Below, piece after piece: positions 9,942 to 19,320 of a stretch of DNA of 64,000 nt. Source of the stretch: Bacteroidales bacterium. Its GTDB lineage: Bacteria; Bacteroidota; Bacteroidia; Bacteroidales; GCA-2748055. Location of the stretch: the NCBI GenBank assembly GCA_029938715.1, contig JAOZUK010000009.1, positions 3,504-67,503 of the forward strand, read 5' to 3'. The position numbers and the translations under genes are program-made. The stretch's first letter is position 1, and each line of letters opens with the position of its first letter. Under the pieces are notes generated by a model that was given only the letters and a program-made list of their open reading frames with translations, was not told the origin of the DNA and searched no databases.

Positions 9942-10934
9942 TTAGTTAAATCTTATTTCAAGACTCAGGTAGGCCGAATGCGATACTCCGCCTCCATTGG
10001 CAGGGATCCACCCCTGGTAGTTTGGGGTCACAACCAGTCCCTTTATCGGTCTGAACTCTACACCCACAATGATTAGCTCACCATCTTTGGCATAGTTCCA
10101 GGGATCGGTATCGGTGCTGAGCGTGGGAGATGATAGCATGTCATATCGCCCAAACAACCTGATTTTTTTCATCAGGTAAGATCCGTAAACAGAGATTCCG
10201 GAAAGGTCATGCCCATTAATTCGTTCGTGGTTAAGTTGATAGTTATATTCAGCCCCCACAGACAATTTATCTTTCCTGTATCCAAGGTAAAGCGCCATTG
10301 TCTGCTGTGCAGAATCCATCCCCATATGGTCATATGAGGCCCGCAGATCCAATCCCTTAAATGGTCTGATGGTAGCGCCTAAACTATATTTCAGGGCTGT
10401 ATCAGATTCCAGCTTCTTGTAGCCCTCACCATTGGCTACTGTAAGATCAATACTGAGATTCTTATGGATATCATAGGCCAAATAAGCCCCAAGGTCGGCG
10501 CTTGGTCCAAACCTATGCTCATCCATAAATGATTTGTATAGATATCGGCCACCCCAGAGATCCTCCTGCAACTTAAATTGGTGCAGACCGATCATTCCCA
10601 GTTTGGCAGTAAGCCTATCCTTTGAATATTGGACGTAAGCATGTTTCAGGTAAGCGGTCATCTCAAGGTCGCCAAAATGGGGATCCCCCACATCGAGGGT
10701 CAGCTTTCCGGATATATACTCGCTTAGCTGGTACTTGTACCCAAAATAGGCCCTTTGTATTTCGAAAACTTTGTTGGCCTCAGCATCTGTCCATGTGCTG
10801 TGGTAGTTTGTAAACACCTTCATAAACGCTTTGCCACTGGGCTTGAACTCGGGAGCAGCTTCCTGTGCATGGATATATCCAGCAAACAGTGTTAAAGTAA
10901 GGGCAGTTGAAAAAATTCTTTGTCTCATAATCAT
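9942..10934 (-). CDS. Outer-membrane beta-barrel porin, possibly phosphate-selective
   Basis: Signal peptide, alternating beta-strand pattern and a C-terminal aromatic residue (EIRFN). It lies immediately upstream of pstS on the same strand. Selectivity is inferred from context only. Confidence 0.55.
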   Translation of the reverse strand: MIMRQRIFSTALTLTLFAGYIHAQEAAPEFKPSGKAFMKVFTNYHSTWTDAEANKVFEIQRAYFGYKYQLSEYISGKLTLDVGDPHFGDLEMTAYLKHAYVQYSKDRLTAKLGMIGLHQFKLQEDLWGGRYLYKSFMDEHRFGPSADLGAYLAYDIHKNLSIDLTVANGEGYKKLESDTALKYSLGATIRPFKGLDLRASYDHMGMDSAQQTMALYLGYRKDKLSVGAEYNYQLNHERINGHDLSGISVYGSYLMKKIRLFGRYDMLSSPTLSTDTDPWNYAKDGELIIVGVEFRPIKGLVVTPNYQGWIPANGGGVSHSAYLSLEIRFN

Positions 10935-11108
10935 TGGTTCTTATTCATGAATAAAGGAATCGCTAAAACATTTCATAATCATTAAGGGGATGTTAAGATA
11001 ATGTTACAAAAACGGAAGTAATTATGATCAATCCCTCCAGATAGATCTACACTAAGTATGGAATTTTTTAAAATCGTACTTTTGAAGTTTTATTAGCTTC
11101 AGCTCTGT

Positions 11109-12482
11109 ATGGAGAAAGTACGTCAAACACTGCATGATTCGGCTCTGGCACGTTGGGGAGTCCTTATTCTGGTGGGATTTGTCCTGTCGGCCAATTACTA
11201 TTTCTACGATGCTTTTTCTACCCTGAAGGATCATCTTGCAAATCAGTTCAGCTTTAGCAATACGCAGTATGGGCTGTTTGTTTCTTTCTATGCCATCCCC
11301 AATACATTCCTGTTGATGGCAGTCATTGGGGGTATGATACTGGACAGGCTGGGGATCAGGCGAACAGGATTTATGTTTGTTTTCTTTATGGCTTTCGGAG
11401 CCATACTCACGGCTTATGGTGCCTCCGGATTTTACTCGGGAGGGGGGCCTGGATATGGAGTGATGCAATCTTTTCTCCCGAATTATTCTCCTGAGTTGAA
11501 GATGATGTTACTGGGAAGGTTCTTCTATGGACTTGGTGCAGAAACCAGCATAGTGGTTATGAGCAAGATACTGGTGAAGTGGTTTAAAGGAAAAGACCTG
11601 GCATTGTCATTCGGGCTGAAAGTAGCCTTTGGAAGGCTGGGTACTTTTGCAGCACTCCAGATCTCACCGGCGCTTGCCCATGAGGATGGATCCGGGCTTT
11701 CAACAGCCATCTGGTTTGCAGCTATGCTGGTCCTCATTGGATTGCTGGTTTTTATGATTTATATGATGCTGGATCTGAAAATCGACCGGGAGGGAGCGAC
11801 CACCGAAGGCAAGTCCAAAAGCGAGAAATTCAATAACCGCGATATCCTCTCAATATTAACAAATCCGGCCTATATACTTATAGCCCTGCTTTGTGTTACT
11901 TTTTATTCAGCGGTCTTTCCATTCCTGGCTTTTGCTCCAGATTTCTTCCTGAATAAATTCTCAATGACAACTCTTATGAGCGGACGGATTACCTCACTTT
12001 TGCCGCTGGGAACCTTGTTTTTCACTCCTCTTTTTGGCATTTATGTGGACAGAATGGGGAGGTCTGCCACTATGATGATATTCGGAGCTCTGATCTTATT
12101 GCTGGTACATCTCCTTTTTGCTCTTACTTCCATTCAGCCCTATGTTCTTATGATCATGCTGGGTATAGCTTTCTCTCTGGTACCTGCTGCAATGTGGCCT
12201 TCCATGGTAAAGCTTGTGAAGGAGAAGCAGATTGGGACTGCTTACGGACTGATGTATTCCATACAAAACCTGGGACTATGGGGCGTCCCACTGATTGCTG
12301 GCATTATCCTGGACAGAACAAATCCCGGTGATCCCGAGGTACTAAATTATACCCCCACCATGCTAATGTTTGCCGGACTGGGGTTGGCGGGACTGCTATT
12401 TGCAGTTACGCTGAAGATAATGGATGGCAGGAAAAACTATGGCATTGATCTGCCTTTGAATAAGATAAGCAGCAATACTTAA
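11109..12482 (+). CDS. MFS transporter
   Basis: 457 aa with about 12 predicted TM helices and an MFS-like loop motif (DRLGIRRT). Divergent from the pst block. Confidence 0.8.
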   Translation: MEKVRQTLHDSALARWGVLILVGFVLSANYYFYDAFSTLKDHLANQFSFSNTQYGLFVSFYAIPNTFLLMAVIGGMILDRLGIRRTGFMFVFFMAFGAILTAYGASGFYSGGGPGYGVMQSFLPNYSPELKMMLLGRFFYGLGAETSIVVMSKILVKWFKGKDLALSFGLKVAFGRLGTFAALQISPALAHEDGSGLSTAIWFAAMLVLIGLLVFMIYMMLDLKIDREGATTEGKSKSEKFNNRDILSILTNPAYILIALLCVTFYSAVFPFLAFAPDFFLNKFSMTTLMSGRITSLLPLGTLFFTPLFGIYVDRMGRSATMMIFGALILLLVHLLFALTSIQPYVLMIMLGIAFSLVPAAMWPSMVKLVKEKQIGTAYGLMYSIQNLGLWGVPLIAGIILDRTNPGDPEVLNYTPTMLMFAGLGLAGLLFAVTLKIMDGRKNYGIDLPLNKISSNT

Positions 12483-12522
12483 ATCATTAACTGTTGAAGG
12501 ATTGATATCCCATTCCCAGCAA

Positions 12523-12861
12523 CTAGTGGTCGCAGTAGTTGGCATTGAAATCCAGAGTTTCCTGGAGAAATCCATCAACCAGCTCTTCCGGAGTCAGTTT
12601 TGGTGCACCTACAAATACATTTACCCCCTTTTCGTTGAACAGCCTGATTGCATGCTGTCCCATCCCTCCTGCAATTATATCTGTAGCACCTCTTTCGGCA
12701 AGCCATGGAGGAAGCAATCCTGGTTGATGGGGAGGAGGATCAATATAGGTGGTATTTATGATTGTTTTATCTTCCACTTCTACTATGGCAAATTTTTCGC
12801 AATGGCCGAAATGAGCATCCAGAACACCTTCGGTTGTAGGTACAGCAATCTTTTTGGTCAT
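12523..12861 (-). CDS. NifB/NifX-like (dinitrogenase Fe-Mo cofactor biosynthesis domain) small protein
   Basis: 112 aa. The pattern KIAVPT..G.LDAHFGHCEKFAIVEV...GATDIIAGGMG is typical of this domain family. Confidence 0.7.
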   Translation of the reverse strand: MTKKIAVPTTEGVLDAHFGHCEKFAIVEVEDKTIINTTYIDPPPHQPGLLPPWLAERGATDIIAGGMGQHAIRLFNEKGVNVFVGAPKLTPEELVDGFLQETLDFNANYCDH

Positions 12862-12912
12862 AGTACGTGTTAATTTGTAATTTTTTTGGTTTGAACTTTT
12901 ACTCTTATTGGG

Positions 12913-13227
12913 TCACTTGATTTTATGAATGATATCGGCTATGGTATGGGAGTCATCGGGAATGATCACCATCTGAATATTGAATTTGTCCAGCAACTCC
13001 TTAGCTTTTGGCCCAAAATCGCCGGAAATAATCTTGGTGGCACCTAACTCTATCACTGTTTCTGAGGCCCTGGTTCCCGCTCCGTGCGGCTCATCCTGAT
13101 GTGCATTCTTAATAAACCTGGTTTTTCCTGTTTCCTCGTCGAGAAGACAGAACCATCCGGCCCTGCCAAACCTTAGGTCGAACTGAGATTTTATGTCGTT
13201 ACCTGTAGAAGAGATTATCGTTTTCAT
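12913..13227 (-). CDS. NifB/NifX-like small protein (second copy)
   Basis: 104 aa with FGRAGWFCLLD ... LGATKIISGDFGPKA, the same fold family as the neighbouring gene. Confidence 0.65.
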   Translation of the reverse strand: MKTIISSTGNDIKSQFDLRFGRAGWFCLLDEETGKTRFIKNAHQDEPHGAGTRASETVIELGATKIISGDFGPKAKELLDKFNIQMVIIPDDSHTIADIIHKIK

Positions 13228-13649
13228 TATGTATCTGAGATTAAATTGGTTTGTTTTGATTTACAAATGGGGCATGTTTGGTGAATAAGAGTGGCTGGTA
13301 TAGTAAACCTGGAGTGGCAAGCATTGCATACATACCATGATTTATCCAGCCAGGCATTTCCAAATACAGACCGGATCTCCCGGGTTTCCACCAGTGCGCT
13401 GGCTATTTTTCTGCGGGCACTTTCATATACCCGGGCAAAGGTAGCCCTGGATACTCCCATTAATTCTGAAGCCTCCTGGTGGTTCATAAGATCATAATCA
13501 GTAAGTTTAATGGCTTCATACTCTTCATATAAGAGGTCCACCTGCTTCTTACGGCGAACCCTGTTGCCATAGGGCCTGTAACCTTTAAAGCCAGGCGGAG
13601 CAACCACCTTTCTCATTCTTTTTCTTCTGGGCATAAAAGTAAATTCCAA
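13227..13649 (-). CDS. DUF134 (UPF0251) family DNA-binding protein with C-terminal Cys4 zinc ribbon
   Basis: N-terminal PRRKRMRKVVAPPGFKGYRPYG, an HTH-like MGVSRATFARVYESARRK, and CNAC...CPIC. Its stop overlaps the start of the next gene. Confidence 0.75.
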   Translation of the reverse strand: MEFTFMPRRKRMRKVVAPPGFKGYRPYGNRVRRKKQVDLLYEEYEAIKLTDYDLMNHQEASELMGVSRATFARVYESARRKIASALVETREIRSVFGNAWLDKSWYVCNACHSRFTIPATLIHQTCPICKSKQTNLISDT

Positions 13650-13721
13650 ACAAATATAATGAGAATATTCTCATACTAAAAGCATGAAATCAATTAAATC
13701 CATCAATCTTAGTTAAAAAGC

Positions 13722-14666
13722 CTATCGATCAGTGATCAAAAGCTTACCTGAAATGGGATTGCCATTGTGAGAGATCCGGTATATGTATATTCCTGGCTTC
13801 TGAATTCCAGTGAACAGACTATTCTCACCGGAGAGTAATTCAACCTGATTGTAGAAAATCCGGGTACCTGCAATAGTAAAGATTTCCACCTTACTGGTTT
13901 CAGTTTCACCTCCATTTAAAATGTAGATGTTATAAAGATCACTTCCCTGGTATACCAATAGGTCTGATTTAATGTGGTTCCGTTCATTGATTGAAGTTGT
14001 TCCCGTGTAATACAGCTTAAGTGTAGGCCACGTTTCATGGTTGTCATGATCCCTGCTGCCAAACTTAACCGATGTTGCTGTTTTGGATTCATCTCCAATT
14101 AAAATCCAACCAAAGTTATTGGATGGATTTTGCAACCAGAAATTGACATCCAGGGTTAACCGAATCGAACGAAATATAGCATCGGTCCCTTCCGATACGG
14201 TATTTGATGTGCTGGATTCCAGGTCGAAATCTCCACCCTTTTTAATCCAGGGATCGGTATTAAACTTTGCAAAACTCCAGGTAGCATCACCATTTGTTGC
14301 CGGTGCTCCTTTGCCATCACCATCGCTTGCTTTGGAGGTGCCCTCCCCCCATTCGGTGGTTATACGGTGTACAGCAACTTCAGTACTGTCAGGTTTCACC
14401 TTGAACGGAACCAGAGTCAACGACACGCTGTCAATAGTAACTCCTTCAGGCACAGCCTCGTTGAGGTCAAATTTAACCAGTGCGCGTTTTTTTACATCCT
14501 TATTGGTTGTTCCTGCAAAAATGAACTCTCCGAGTCCGTTGCTTACATCGGTGTCTTTAAACATTGTATTATCAATCATAGGAGTTACCTCCACTACCAT
14601 GGCTTGAGAAAACAGGTTTAAACCTGTTACCATCACCAAAATCAGCACAAAGTATATCTTCTTCAT
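13722..14666 (-). CDS. Secreted protein with T9SS C-terminal sorting domain
   Basis: Signal peptide plus a C-terminal beta-sandwich tail (GIYIYRISHNGNPISGKLLITDR) typical of T9SS type-A CTDs. The N-terminal part resembles DNRLRE-type domains, with low certainty. Confidence 0.6.
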   Translation of the reverse strand: MKKIYFVLILVMVTGLNLFSQAMVVEVTPMIDNTMFKDTDVSNGLGEFIFAGTTNKDVKKRALVKFDLNEAVPEGVTIDSVSLTLVPFKVKPDSTEVAVHRITTEWGEGTSKASDGDGKGAPATNGDATWSFAKFNTDPWIKKGGDFDLESSTSNTVSEGTDAIFRSIRLTLDVNFWLQNPSNNFGWILIGDESKTATSVKFGSRDHDNHETWPTLKLYYTGTTSINERNHIKSDLLVYQGSDLYNIYILNGGETETSKVEIFTIAGTRIFYNQVELLSGENSLFTGIQKPGIYIYRISHNGNPISGKLLITDR

Positions 14667-14761
14667 ATTCTTTTTTTAGGATAACAATGTGAAACGAAAG
14701 AATGTTTGAAAAAAATATCTACATTTGCACCTCGAAAATCACCTTTTCCGGTGAAATCGAT

Positions 14762-14839
14762 CGGGGTATAGCGCAGTCCGGTTAGCGCACCTGCTTTGGG
14801 AGCAGGGGGTCGGGAGTTCGAATCTCTCTACCCCGACCA
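14762..14839 (+). tRNA. tRNA-Pro (anticodon TGG), CCA encoded
   Basis: Hand-folded cloverleaf. The acceptor cggggta pairs with taccccg, and the D stem is gcgc/gcgc. The anticodon stem cctgc/gcagg carries the loop tTTGGGa. The T arm is gggag-ttcgaat-ctctc, followed by discriminator A and CCA. Confidence 0.9.
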
Positions 14840-14955
14840 ATTTCGTCTGATTATAAGTTTGTTATGGGGTTGTAGGAACTCAATATGAACTAACAGACTT
14901 TGGAGAATGAGAATCAGATGCGATTCTACAGAGATTTTCTCAACAATTTATTTTG

Positions 14956-14993
14956 AAAAGGCCTTCATCATAATACTGGTGGAGGCCTTTTTT
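14956..14993. terminator. Rho-independent-type hairpin with flanking A and T runs (potentially bidirectional)
   Basis: aaaaggccttcatca / taatac / tggtggaggcctttt forms a ~15-bp stem with two G-U pairs, followed by tttt. Confidence 0.55.
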
Positions 14994-15367
14994 GAGTCCT
15001 GCCAAAGCACTCAATCATATCAATAAGTATTGAAATTTTGATCGCTATGAGCTCGGCTAAGTTAGACTCAAATCTCTTTTTCTGAGGTTTAGATGCCATT
15101 GAATAGCTCATTATTCAAATTTACCCATCATCTTTTTGAATTCTCACGCACCATAGAAGATTGAGCTTGAAGTTCACTATGGTAGGATAGCTCAACAAAC
15201 TCGAAAATCTTATTTATCTAGTCTGCAGCTTGCGCCAAGCTGTTTCCATTCAGAGAATAGTCCCTACACTCAGTATAGCGGATTCTGAGTATTCATATAC
15301 CGTAATTCTACTTGTAAAAACCTTATAATATACTTTTTATAGGCATTGGGCACTGATAATTATCTCT

Positions 15368-15769
15368 TTAGTACCCCCCTATCACACCACCTATTAATCC
15401 TCCAATTGCTCCAGATTTAAGTCCGTTCCCAAATGTTACTCCCCCAATCAATGCATTACATGTTCCGCCGGAAAATCCTCCTGCGAAACCAGTAGCAGAG
15501 CCAATTATTGCACCACCCTTAAATCCAATTGTTCGAACCATACTGGACAAGCCAACACCAACCGCAGCAGTAGGAGCTCCTGAAGCAGCTCCTACACTAA
15601 AATATCCAAGAGCTTGCCATAGGTTATCAATATTGTCTGCATTCATACCGAGATTTACAACATCTCCGATAATGGCTCCTAAAATATACTGTAGGAACTC
15701 CCCACTAGGGTCAGTATAGATAAGAGGATTATTGAGGGCATAGGTATACCAGTAAAGCCGATAATACAA
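15368..15769 (-). CDS. Orphan Rhs C-terminal toxin cassette 3 (glycine-zipper-rich tip)
   Basis: Begins with the Rhs core-end homology LYWYTYALNNPLIYTDPSGEF. There is no ATG (the track start is TTG). The rest is G/A/I-rich with GxxxG repeats (GGLIGGVIGGY). Confidence 0.6.
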   Translation of the reverse strand: MYYRLYWYTYALNNPLIYTDPSGEFLQYILGAIIGDVVNLGMNADNIDNLWQALGYFSVGAASGAPTAAVGVGLSSMVRTIGFKGGAIIGSATGFAGGFSGGTCNALIGGVTFGNGLKSGAIGGLIGGVIGGY

Positions 15770-15856
15770 AACTTAAAAAAAATCAAAGAACGCTTAATGG
15801 TCAAAGATATAGTTCTCAAACTATCCCCACAATTTGGAGATAACGTATCACAATAA

Positions 15857-16276
15857 CTACTTTAAAACAAGTTCCTTAGAAATCCCCAAGGCTTCCCTTT
15901 TTTGGACGTATTCAATTCTTTCCATCGGGCCGAAGATGCTATCTATTGAATAATCAATAATCCAGTATCTATCTATTCCTTTTTTTATTGCTACTTTATA
16001 GTATTTACCATTCTTGATGAGATTGTTTTCTTCTTCAATAGTCAAGTTAAGATCTTTTTCTAATGCAATAAGAAAGCTATTATTATTGTTATAACTCACA
16101 ACAACACCCGGTATGCCTTTCTTCGTGTTTACATTTGAGATAGTTGGAATATTTGTAACCTCATGAAAATAGTAACCATATCCAAGGTCTTCTTGGACTA
16201 TGTTATCAATTGAACCAGGACATCCGGAGATAAGAATTGAAATGATCAATATTGCTAAAATTGCTTGGTTTTTCAT
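15857..16276 (-). CDS. Putative immunity lipoprotein for orphan toxin 2
   Basis: 139 aa with lipobox ILISGC. It starts 1 nt after the stop of the disrupted toxin cassette, which is the classic toxin-immunity arrangement. No family was recognised. Confidence 0.5.
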   Translation of the reverse strand: MKNQAILAILIISILISGCPGSIDNIVQEDLGYGYYFHEVTNIPTISNVNTKKGIPGVVVSYNNNNSFLIALEKDLNLTIEEENNLIKNGKYYKVAIKKGIDRYWIIDYSIDSIFGPMERIEYVQKREALGISKELVLK

Positions 16277-16598
16277 ATTAATTGCCTCCTATCGTTCCGA
16301 TACCATGAAAAATAAACCGATAACTATTCCCACCATATGTATTGAAAAGAAGCGGTGCCCACGGCATATTTATATAATACCCTCCAATGCCGGTTGCAAT
16401 ATTCCTTACTAGGTTTTCTCCTCTGAAAACTTGATTCCATCTTACATTATAATTGTAAGTATCATAGTAGGGCTTGAAAATTTGTGGTCCGCCTATAAAA
16501 TAGTCCGCAACTTTTATTTTGTTATCACCTAAATACTCCAGGGACATTTCTCCAAAAACCGCACCTGCTGTAGAGAATTTTTTCTTACTAAAAATGTT

Positions 16599-18190
16599 GT
16601 AACTAATCAGTCTACCTCAAATATAGGCAGGTATTAACAATAATCCGGGGTTTTGAACAGGGAAAATTCTCTTGAGATAGTCAGTTCTTCAGAATCAGCA
16701 GTTCTTAACAAAATTCGTGACTGAGACTTAATATTTATCGGCGTAAAAGTTTGATTTTGAATATTATCTGTTATTGCTTTGTAAAAAACAAAGCACGTTG
16801 CCTTTTGATAAGAGCATAGCATCCTTAAGCAAGAAGATAGACGATCTGATCGAACTTGTGAATCACCTTTACACAGAGATCAAAGGGCTCAGGCAAGAAA
16901 ATGAGAAGTTAAAGGAGAAGCTTGCCAAATACGAACATCCGAAGAACAGCAACAACAGTTCCGTTCCTCCCTCCAAAGATGAGAACCGGCCTTTTAAAAG
17001 CAAGAGCCTAAGGAAGAAGACAGGTCGTAAGCCCGGAGGGCAGAAGGGACGTGAAGGCAAAACACTACAAATGGTATCAGATCCCGATAAGATCATTGAT
17101 CATTCTCCGGACTACTGCAAGTGTTGCGGGCTAGAGCTTGGATCCATTCCTGGCATCTAAGTCGGGCGCAGGCAGGAGATAGACATACCGCCAATTACCC
17201 CAGTTGTCACCGAACACAGGGTTTACGAGAAACAGTGTAACTGTAGCCATATAACCAAGTCTTCTTTTCCTGGAGGGATTACGGCACCGGTCAGTTATGG
17301 TCCCATGATAGAGAGTCTTACCGGATATTTTCATTCTCGTCAATACATACCGTTTTTGAGAATGCAGGAGTTGTTCAGGGATATTTTTTCTGTCCCTATT
17401 AGTGAGGGGGGCATCCATTATCTGCTGAACCGTTTCTCATCCAAGGCCCTACCTGTATATCATAAGATCAAGGATATGTTAACCACCAGTTCGACGGTGG
17501 GTACCGACGAAACCGGTGGTAGACTCAACGGGAAAAAGATATGGATATGGACCTGGCAAAATGATCGGTTAACCTGGTTAAAGGGTACAGACAACAGGGG
17601 ATACAGAACCATTGAAGAAAGTTTTCCCGATGGTTTTACAGATGCAGTACTGGTACACGATTGCTGGAGGAGTCATTTTCAGACAGGTGTACAAACTCAC
17701 CAGTTATGCACTGCCCATTTACTCAGAGAACTTACCTATCTTGAAGAAAGATACCATCACCGATGGCCAGTCAGGTTCAGGAACTTTCTTCTTGATGGAA
17801 TTGAACTGAAAAAGAAACTGGATCCCAGAGATTATTACCAGTCTCTGAAGGAAACAACAGATATTGAAAATCGTTTGAAGAAGCTGCTGGCATCCCGAAT
17901 AGATAAGAGACACAAAGAACTGGTATCTTTCCAAAACAGGATGGTGAAATACAAAGACTACATCCTTAATTTCCTTTATCATCCCAAGGTTCCACCAGAT
18001 AATAATGGCAGCGAGCGAGCTATACGGAATGTGAAAGTGAAACTGAAGATCTCAGGACAGTTCAAATCCTGGAAGGGGGTAGAGAACTTCTTGGTCCTCC
18101 GAAGCATCACCGATACCGCATTGAAAAACAAGCAGCCCGTGCTGAATGCCCTGAATATTATTGCTAAATTACACGGGACTGATTAGTTAC
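16599..18190 (+). mobile_element. IS66-family insertion sequence (single-ORF type, 1592 bp)
   Basis: Perfect 14-bp terminal inverted repeats: gtaactaatcagtc at 16599-16612 and gactgattagttac at 18177-18190. Both begin with the GTAA typical of IS66. Flanked by the 8-bp direct repeat aaaatgtt (16591-16598 and 18191-18198). Confidence 0.85.
16774..18186 (+). pseudogene. IS66-family transposase with an in-frame TAA at 17158-17160 and no ATG start
   Basis: N-terminal leucine zipper (LRQENEKLKEKLAKYEHPKNSNNSSVPPSKD) and zinc finger (CKCCG), then a DDE region. Track ORFs 16774..17160 and 17305..18186 and the linker between them share one reading frame. Confidence 0.75.
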
Positions 18191-18852
18191 AAAATGTTTA
18201 ATGATTTTATAGAACCAACTCCTCCAGGAAAATCTTTTTCCGATAGCATCGAAAAATCTACTTTAGATATATCAATGTGATAATCGGCCTCTCTTCCAAA
18301 CTTATAATGCAAATATGCACTCAAGAAATTTACCTTACCTCCTGATCTCGAAGCAACTTTCCCGTAAACATTATCTATTGGTTGATGTATCCACGAGATA
18401 TCTGCCATTTCAGGAAATCCACTTTCCATTGCTACTGGATCAGAAATCCACACGTAACCAGTAATCTTTGGTAAATGAATTTGGAAATCTCCTTCGTCCC
18501 ATACTAATGAATTCCTTTGCTTGCTTGGAATAAATCTCCATTTAAAACTCCCAAGACCTCCGGAGAAACTAATGCCACCTCCGTAACTAGCTTGCAAGGA
18601 TCCACCACCACCACCACCTGACGAATAATTATCATAGTTAGAAAAACCGTTACCAGGATCCCAGGTGGATCCATCGGGCATAGACATTAGCATAGTGGCG
18701 ATATACCGAGTAGTAAGAGTCTGATACCCCGAAGGGTCAGTATACTTCAGTGGGTTATTGAGGACATAGGTATATATATTAGGATGATAGACCATTGCTG
18801 AGTCACAATAAAGTTATCTGGATACATTTCATCCCATTGTTTGAGGCCCCTC

Positions 18853-19320
18853 CTACCCACTGTACTTTTTTAGTTCATATTCAATATCTTCATTCTCATT
18901 GAAAAAAGAATCTATCAACCAATATTCATTTGCATCATATTTATTCTTTATTATGTAACCATTCATATGACTTCTGCCAAACCCTTTGAAATAGTCACTA
19001 ACCTTTTGAATATGAATATCCTTCAAACTTGATTTCCCTCTCTTTGTTTCTATAGTAATCTTATTATCAGAAAACTCAATTTTCTGAATTACCTTATTAA
19101 TTTTACTTTTAACGTAGATCGGGCCCAAGACTATAATTAATAATGATATAAAACCAGCCCATAAGTACATAATGAATTGAAACGTCTTATCTTCCATTCC
19201 ATATTTTATCCCTACATAAAATACAATTAAGAGAATCATTCCACCCCAGATGAACTTAGGTAGTTCTTTAGTTTGTCTTTTTATTAAGTGCTTTCCGATA
19301 GTATTGATCTCAAATCTCAT
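18853..19320 (-). CDS. Putative membrane immunity protein for orphan toxin 1
   Basis: 155 aa with two TM helices. Its start overlaps the toxin stop (ATGA). No family was recognised. Confidence 0.45.
   Translation of the reverse strand: MRFEINTIGKHLIKRQTKELPKFIWGGMILLIVFYVGIKYGMEDKTFQFIMYLWAGFISLLIIVLGPIYVKSKINKVIQKIEFSDNKITIETKRGKSSLKDIHIQKVSDYFKGFGRSHMNGYIIKNKYDANEYWLIDSFFNENEDIEYELKKYSG

Larger units (their letters stand above)
16278..18795 (-). pseudogene. Orphan Rhs C-terminal toxin cassette 2, interrupted by an IS66-family element
   Basis: The 5' part (18795..18191) starts MVYHPNIYTYVLNNPLKYTDPSGY. The 3' part (16590..16278) is in frame once the IS and one duplication copy are removed, restoring 305 codons. 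Confidence 0.75.

Noticed and set aside
11052-11468. 138-aa minus-strand ORF overlapping the 5' end of the MFS transporter.
   Set aside because: It is antisense to a transporter gene with clear TM periodicity, and its own translation is His/Cys/Gln-rich noise.
14083-14621. Plus-strand ORFs of 174 and 84 aa inside the T9SS cargo gene.
   Set aside because: Shadow ORFs. The minus-strand product has a signal peptide and a CTD, and these have nothing recognisable.
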